In this document: positions 59,898 through 64,000 of the stretch, piece after piece | Position numbering within the stretch: position 1 is the stretch's first letter | Layout: each line of letters starts with the position of its first letter | DNA from: Anthoceros angustus | Lineage: Eukaryota > Plantae > Anthocerotophyta | Direction of reading: 5' to 3' | NCBI GenBank assembly: GCA_010909165.1 | Contig: VJWM01000019.1 | Span: 310,001-374,000 of the forward strand | Length of the DNA stretch: 64,000 nt | Made by a program: the position numbers and the translations under genes | Notes under the pieces: model-generated | Database searches by the model: none | Seen by the model: the letters and a program-made list of their open reading frames with translations, nothing else | Told to the model about the DNA's origin: nothing

Positions 59898-60533
59898 ATG
59901 GGGGGTTCTTCGAAGCTAGCGCCGATCGAGAACACAGCCCTGATCAAAGAAAACTATCGCCGCGAGTCGAGATTGGCCACATTGTTCATGAACAACATTC
60001 CGAACAAGATGCCTAAAGATCACGTCTCTCAACCGGGCAGTGCACATTCCACCGCAAGTTCGGGTGCCAAGCCTGCGGCGACGGCTGCACTTTCCAAGCC
60101 TGCTCCTGCACCTGCACCGCCTGCAGTGGATCCCATGCGGTATCCAACTGATGTTGAAACCAGGAGAATGAATGATCTCTCCATGAAGCTGTGGAAAAGG
60201 GTGAATTCTGGCTACCTCATTCCTACAAGAAGAGTTGAGAGCCTGGCATCGTCAGACTTCAAGTACAACGAACGGCTGATAGAGAAGACGGACCGCACAT
60301 TCATGCACAAGCGGGATCTGTTCTCTGAGTATGTCGAGGCTGCGGCCAGAATGGGAGGCATGTTGATGAACAAGAAACCCTTGGCTGACAGACCAGTTTC
60401 TCGAGGCAAAAACAAGGGAGCGGCACCAAAGGCCGCTCCCGGTGCGGCTCCGGCTGCTGCTCCCGCTGCGGCCCCGGCTGCTGCTCCCGCTGCGGCGCCG
60501 GCAGCTGCTCCATCGCCAGCTGCCCCAGCTTGA
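59898..60533 (+). CDS. Hypothetical 211-aa protein, copy 2
   Basis: Translation identical to 55749-56384. Confidence 0.6.
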   Translation: MGGSSKLAPIENTALIKENYRRESRLATLFMNNIPNKMPKDHVSQPGSAHSTASSGAKPAATAALSKPAPAPAPPAVDPMRYPTDVETRRMNDLSMKLWKRVNSGYLIPTRRVESLASSDFKYNERLIEKTDRTFMHKRDLFSEYVEAAARMGGMLMNKKPLADRPVSRGKNKGAAPKAAPGAAPAAAPAAAPAAAPAAAPAAAPSPAAPA

Positions 60534-60756
60534 CAAGCTCCAGTTTTGATCGAGCACCTTGACGGTTTTGAACATTAGAAGAGCATCAAAGCTATGCGAC
60601 AAGGCATCATCTCAAACTTTGGTTCGACCCCCAGCGCAGCGAGAGCAAAAACCCACACCGAGGAGGAGAACGTTGTTCAAATTATTGTGGATCATTCCAC
60701 TTACATTGCCTTTATTTATCACCGCTAATTGAAAATAGAGGCTAGGTAATGCCCTA

Positions 60757-62274
60757 TTACATCAAGGCTTCTTTCAAACAAAATGGGCTATTTTGTCTTG
60801 TGTAAACAAACCTATCTTCACACTCGAAGTCGAAGCCATAACCTTTTGCCAAAGTAAGAAAATCAGTCACAACAGCTTGAGATAGTGTTGGTTTTCTAGA
60901 TAACACAAACAACGACTTGACCACGTTTCCTCGAACTTCAGTGCATGAATATACTAAAGCTGCATCATATCCATTGTTTGCTGATCCTGTGACGACCAAT
61001 ATCCAATATGGTGCTTTAAAAGTAAGAGGAGAGTTTGGTATGGGTGTATACACATCAAACTTTCCATGAGAGGCTGGGTTTTGGACACCAGTTGCTTGAA
61101 TTCGGATCCTTGTGAATGTAGTGTTCTCCTCTTTGATTTTAAAACGGATCGGATTGATTATTGATAAAATCTCTTTCTTAATATCATGAAAGGTAACGTT
61201 GATTTTTGTGTTTTCTTTTAGAAGTAGTTTTGTAGCATCTTGAAGCTGCAATGCTAGATTTGATTTCTTCGTTGATTTCTTTTTCTGGGATATCCCAAGC
61301 TACATGCAAACATGAAGTTAGCACGACAAACACTCTTAGACATGAACTTTGAAAAAACCAAATATAAGATATACCTGTGCGATCTTATTTCTTTCACTTT
61401 CAATGGTCCAAATGCGTGCTGCAATTTTTTTGAATTCGAGCTCACATGCTTTTATGAGACCATTGAGTGATGCTAAAGTGATTTGATTCTTCTTAATTTG
61501 TTGAATTAAGTCCGTGGTCCTTTGTTGGATTAACTCCAAAATCCCAGCTAATAAATCCATGCTTGCTTCAATATCCTTAAATGAATTTTGAATATTGGTG
61601 CTTGCCTGCAATATTTTGGTTATATCTGCTCCCTCCAAATATTTTATTGCACCATTTACCTGCAAGTTGGTAGTATTAAGTTATGTATATAAAAATCAGT
61701 ACATAAATTCTTACAAAATCACATTAAAAGTAGGAGATTACCTTTGATATTGCCAACGAAATGGTATTTGTAGGAGCAAGTTGTTGACATAAAGACCGAA
61801 CTGAATTACAAGCTTTTGGTATGGCTTGCCCAATTTGAGTTGAAATGGTTGACGAAGCTAAGGGTCCCAAAAGCTATTTCAACACACCTACATATTAGAA
61901 TTGTTTTTGAAGTTATTATAAATATATTATTGATTGAAATACAAGTTCAATACCTGGATCCCTGCATTCGTTATGGTCAAGTTAATGCCATTTTTGGTCT
62001 GTGTAGCTTGATCTAGCTTGTAGTTAGCAGTAACACAACTCACACTTTCTCTTTGTATAAAGGTACGAGCTGTGCTTCCTATTTGATACCAAGTACCCTG
62101 ATATGCCTTCAAATCAACAAAGTCCGCAGTAGGAGGATTGGCACATTTTGATGGAGCGAAGGACCTAGAACAAAAACCTTCATTTGCCTCAATGAGCGGC
62201 TCTAAAAAGGCCACTATGAAAAGTAAAGAGAGGAAAAATAAAACACACATTCTTCCACTTCTTGATGACGCCAT
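60757..62274 (-). CDS. Secreted lipocalin-like protein with a large helical insertion (4 exons, 426 aa)
   Basis: Exons 62274-61954, 61873-61742, 61659-61375 and 61299-60757 join through phase-0 GT-AG introns of 80, 82 and 75 nt with no stops. There is a signal peptide, SCR1 DLKAYQGTWYQI, C-terminal YWILVV...YDAALVYSC and SCR3 FVLSRKPTL. Confidence 0.8.
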
Positions 62275-62699
62275 GTTTTATAATCACACCTCAAGTTTCA
62301 TACAACCAAAGGCTATTTATAGCTTATACTACTTATACAAGCTATTTATGCATAATATTTATACATGGTGTCTTTGATATTATATATATTTTTCTTGATT
62401 AAATTAATATTTATTATTTTTGAGCAAAATAACCCATCGTCCCTATTTCAAAGTCAATTTATAATAATCATAAAAATTCTTTGATCTTTATTCCAATCTA
62501 GTTTTTAATTCAAAAGTATGCATATATATATCTATACCAGCCAACAACTTTCTCGTGTTGGACCATAATTCTAATATAATATTGTGCATATTTATTATAA
62601 TAGAGTGAATGTGAATAATAAAAATTAATATGAATAATCATTCAATTTTAAAATAATACAAATAATTTGTCTTCACTAATTATTTTTCTCATTATAATT

Positions 62700-62775
62700 T
62701 GCAACTATCGCTTAAGTTGCAAGTCGCAGTAATCGCTAGTTGCAAGTCGCAATAATCGCTAAAGTTGCAAGTCCG
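62700..62775 (+). repeat. Short tandem repeat (agttgcaagtcgca(g/a)taatcgct), about three units
   Basis: Visible units at ~62714, 62740 and 62762. Confidence 0.7.
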
Positions 62776-62879
62776 GACATGTAGACATTAGCCTACTGAT
62801 ATTAATAAAATAGTTATAAGCCTAAACACGAGTTCATTGGAACTCCATAGTTAAGGGTCTCTAAGTACTTGAATGGGAT

Positions 62880-63270
62880 GTCACTCATCTCATGTTATTA
62901 TGCCTGGTTGTTATTGTTCTACGGGTTATTCCTGACAAGAGCTCTCTAAACGGATCAATTCTTGGATGGGTGCCACACATTCCATGTTACTACGCTTTGT
63001 TGTTAATGCCCTACGGAGTTAATCCTATCTTCCTCCAGACCAATCATAACTTGGATGTGGTGCCAGCCATCCCTTATGATTACTCCTTGTTAGTAGTGGC
63101 TCTATGGGATTATTTCTGCTATCCTCCGGACCCATCGGTTCTTGGATAGGTGCCACTCATCCCTATTATTAAGCTTTGTTGTTAGTGCTCTACGAGGTTA
63201 TTCCTGCCCTCATCCCACGCAACGTTACACTTTGTTGTTAGTGCCCTAAGGGGTTACTCCTCCCTTCGTC
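62880..63270 (+). repeat. Degenerate array of about five units (..ctttgttgttagtgccctacggggttattcct..)
   Basis: A related core recurs at about 62900, 62995, 63085, 63175 and 63230. Confidence 0.6.
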
Positions 63271-64000
63271 CCCATTGCGTGGGACCGCATGTTGCAAGAG
63301 TCGTGAGGGGCTCCTTCCGAATGAAACCCTTGTCTAGGGCTTTGATGTACACTTTGATATACCACTAAAGTCTCTGAAATCAATAAGCAATTGTTTAGAT
63401 AAAACTCATGATATCCTTTTATGAAGCAACTTGTGGTTAATAATATTATAAAAACAAGATACACAAGAAAGAAGAAGTGAGAATTCTACTCAATCTATTC
63501 TTTCGAATTCTACTACGTACATTGAGGAATCTTAGTTCTCCCAAAAGCTTTGCTGGCATGGAAAATAGGAAACGCACTTTATTGAATAAGTAAAATTTAA
63601 AGAGTTAAAGAATTGTTTGAATAAAGTAGGTAGTAAAGTATGCGTTGAAGGCTAGTGACGAGGTTTCCCAAAAATCAACTACTATACCTAATATGTATAG
63701 GGGGTAGAGAAAGTGATCAACCCGATGGACCATGACTTCTCATAGCAACGTAATACTAATGTGCTCAATAATTGTACCCTACACTCTTCCTAAGAATGAG
63801 CATCCATATAAAATGCTATATAATATTTTACTCAAATATTCTAGATATTTTCACATATTATTTATAATATATATTCTATAGAATAATATATTGTCATTAA
63901 ATAATTCATTAATTTTAAAATAAAGTAAAGCAAAGTTTTAGATACAATCTATTTTCTATGGTCCATATGTACGTGTCTTTTGTCTCAACTCTAAAATGAG

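Larger units (their letters stand above)
52355..60653 (+). repeat. Apparently exact tandem duplication of 4,149 bp (52355-56503 and 56504-60653)
   Basis: All ORFs recur at an offset of 4149. The junction ...gagagcaaaaac|cagagcagcaaac has 1-nt microhomology. Confidence 0.95.

Overview
Eukaryotic, plant-type nuclear DNA. Genes are dense and GC-rich with roughly 70-110 nt introns, and there are plastid and mitochondrial genes plus a PLS-type PPR relic. A non-seed land plant such as a hornwort or lycophyte is my inference, not an established assignment. Positions 1-8.2 kb hold a frameshifted Ty3/gypsy LTR retrotransposon with the domain order Gag(2xCCHC)-protease-C5 cytosine methyltransferase-RT-RNaseH-integrase-PHD finger. 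It abuts a decayed MULE transposase (8.2-10.4 kb). The gene-rich block that follows contains an orphan ORF, MLH1, a PRC-barrel protein, NDUFA5, pTAC5, mitochondrial ACP, two AIP2-like RING genes, a tRNA-Leu-derived relic, an uncharacterised plant protein, DPH3, IWR1/RDM4 and STR11. After these come an apparently exact 2,856-bp duplication of a nucleostemin/GNL3 gene, a NIGT1/HHO GARP factor, and an apparently exact 4,149-bp duplication carrying an NMD3 pseudogene and an unknown gene. An AT-rich end encodes a secreted lipocalin split by a ~190-aa helical insert. The main highlights are the retrotransposon-borne DNA methyltransferase with its PHD finger and the split lipocalin. All identifications are by-eye motif recognition; no database search or alignment was run.
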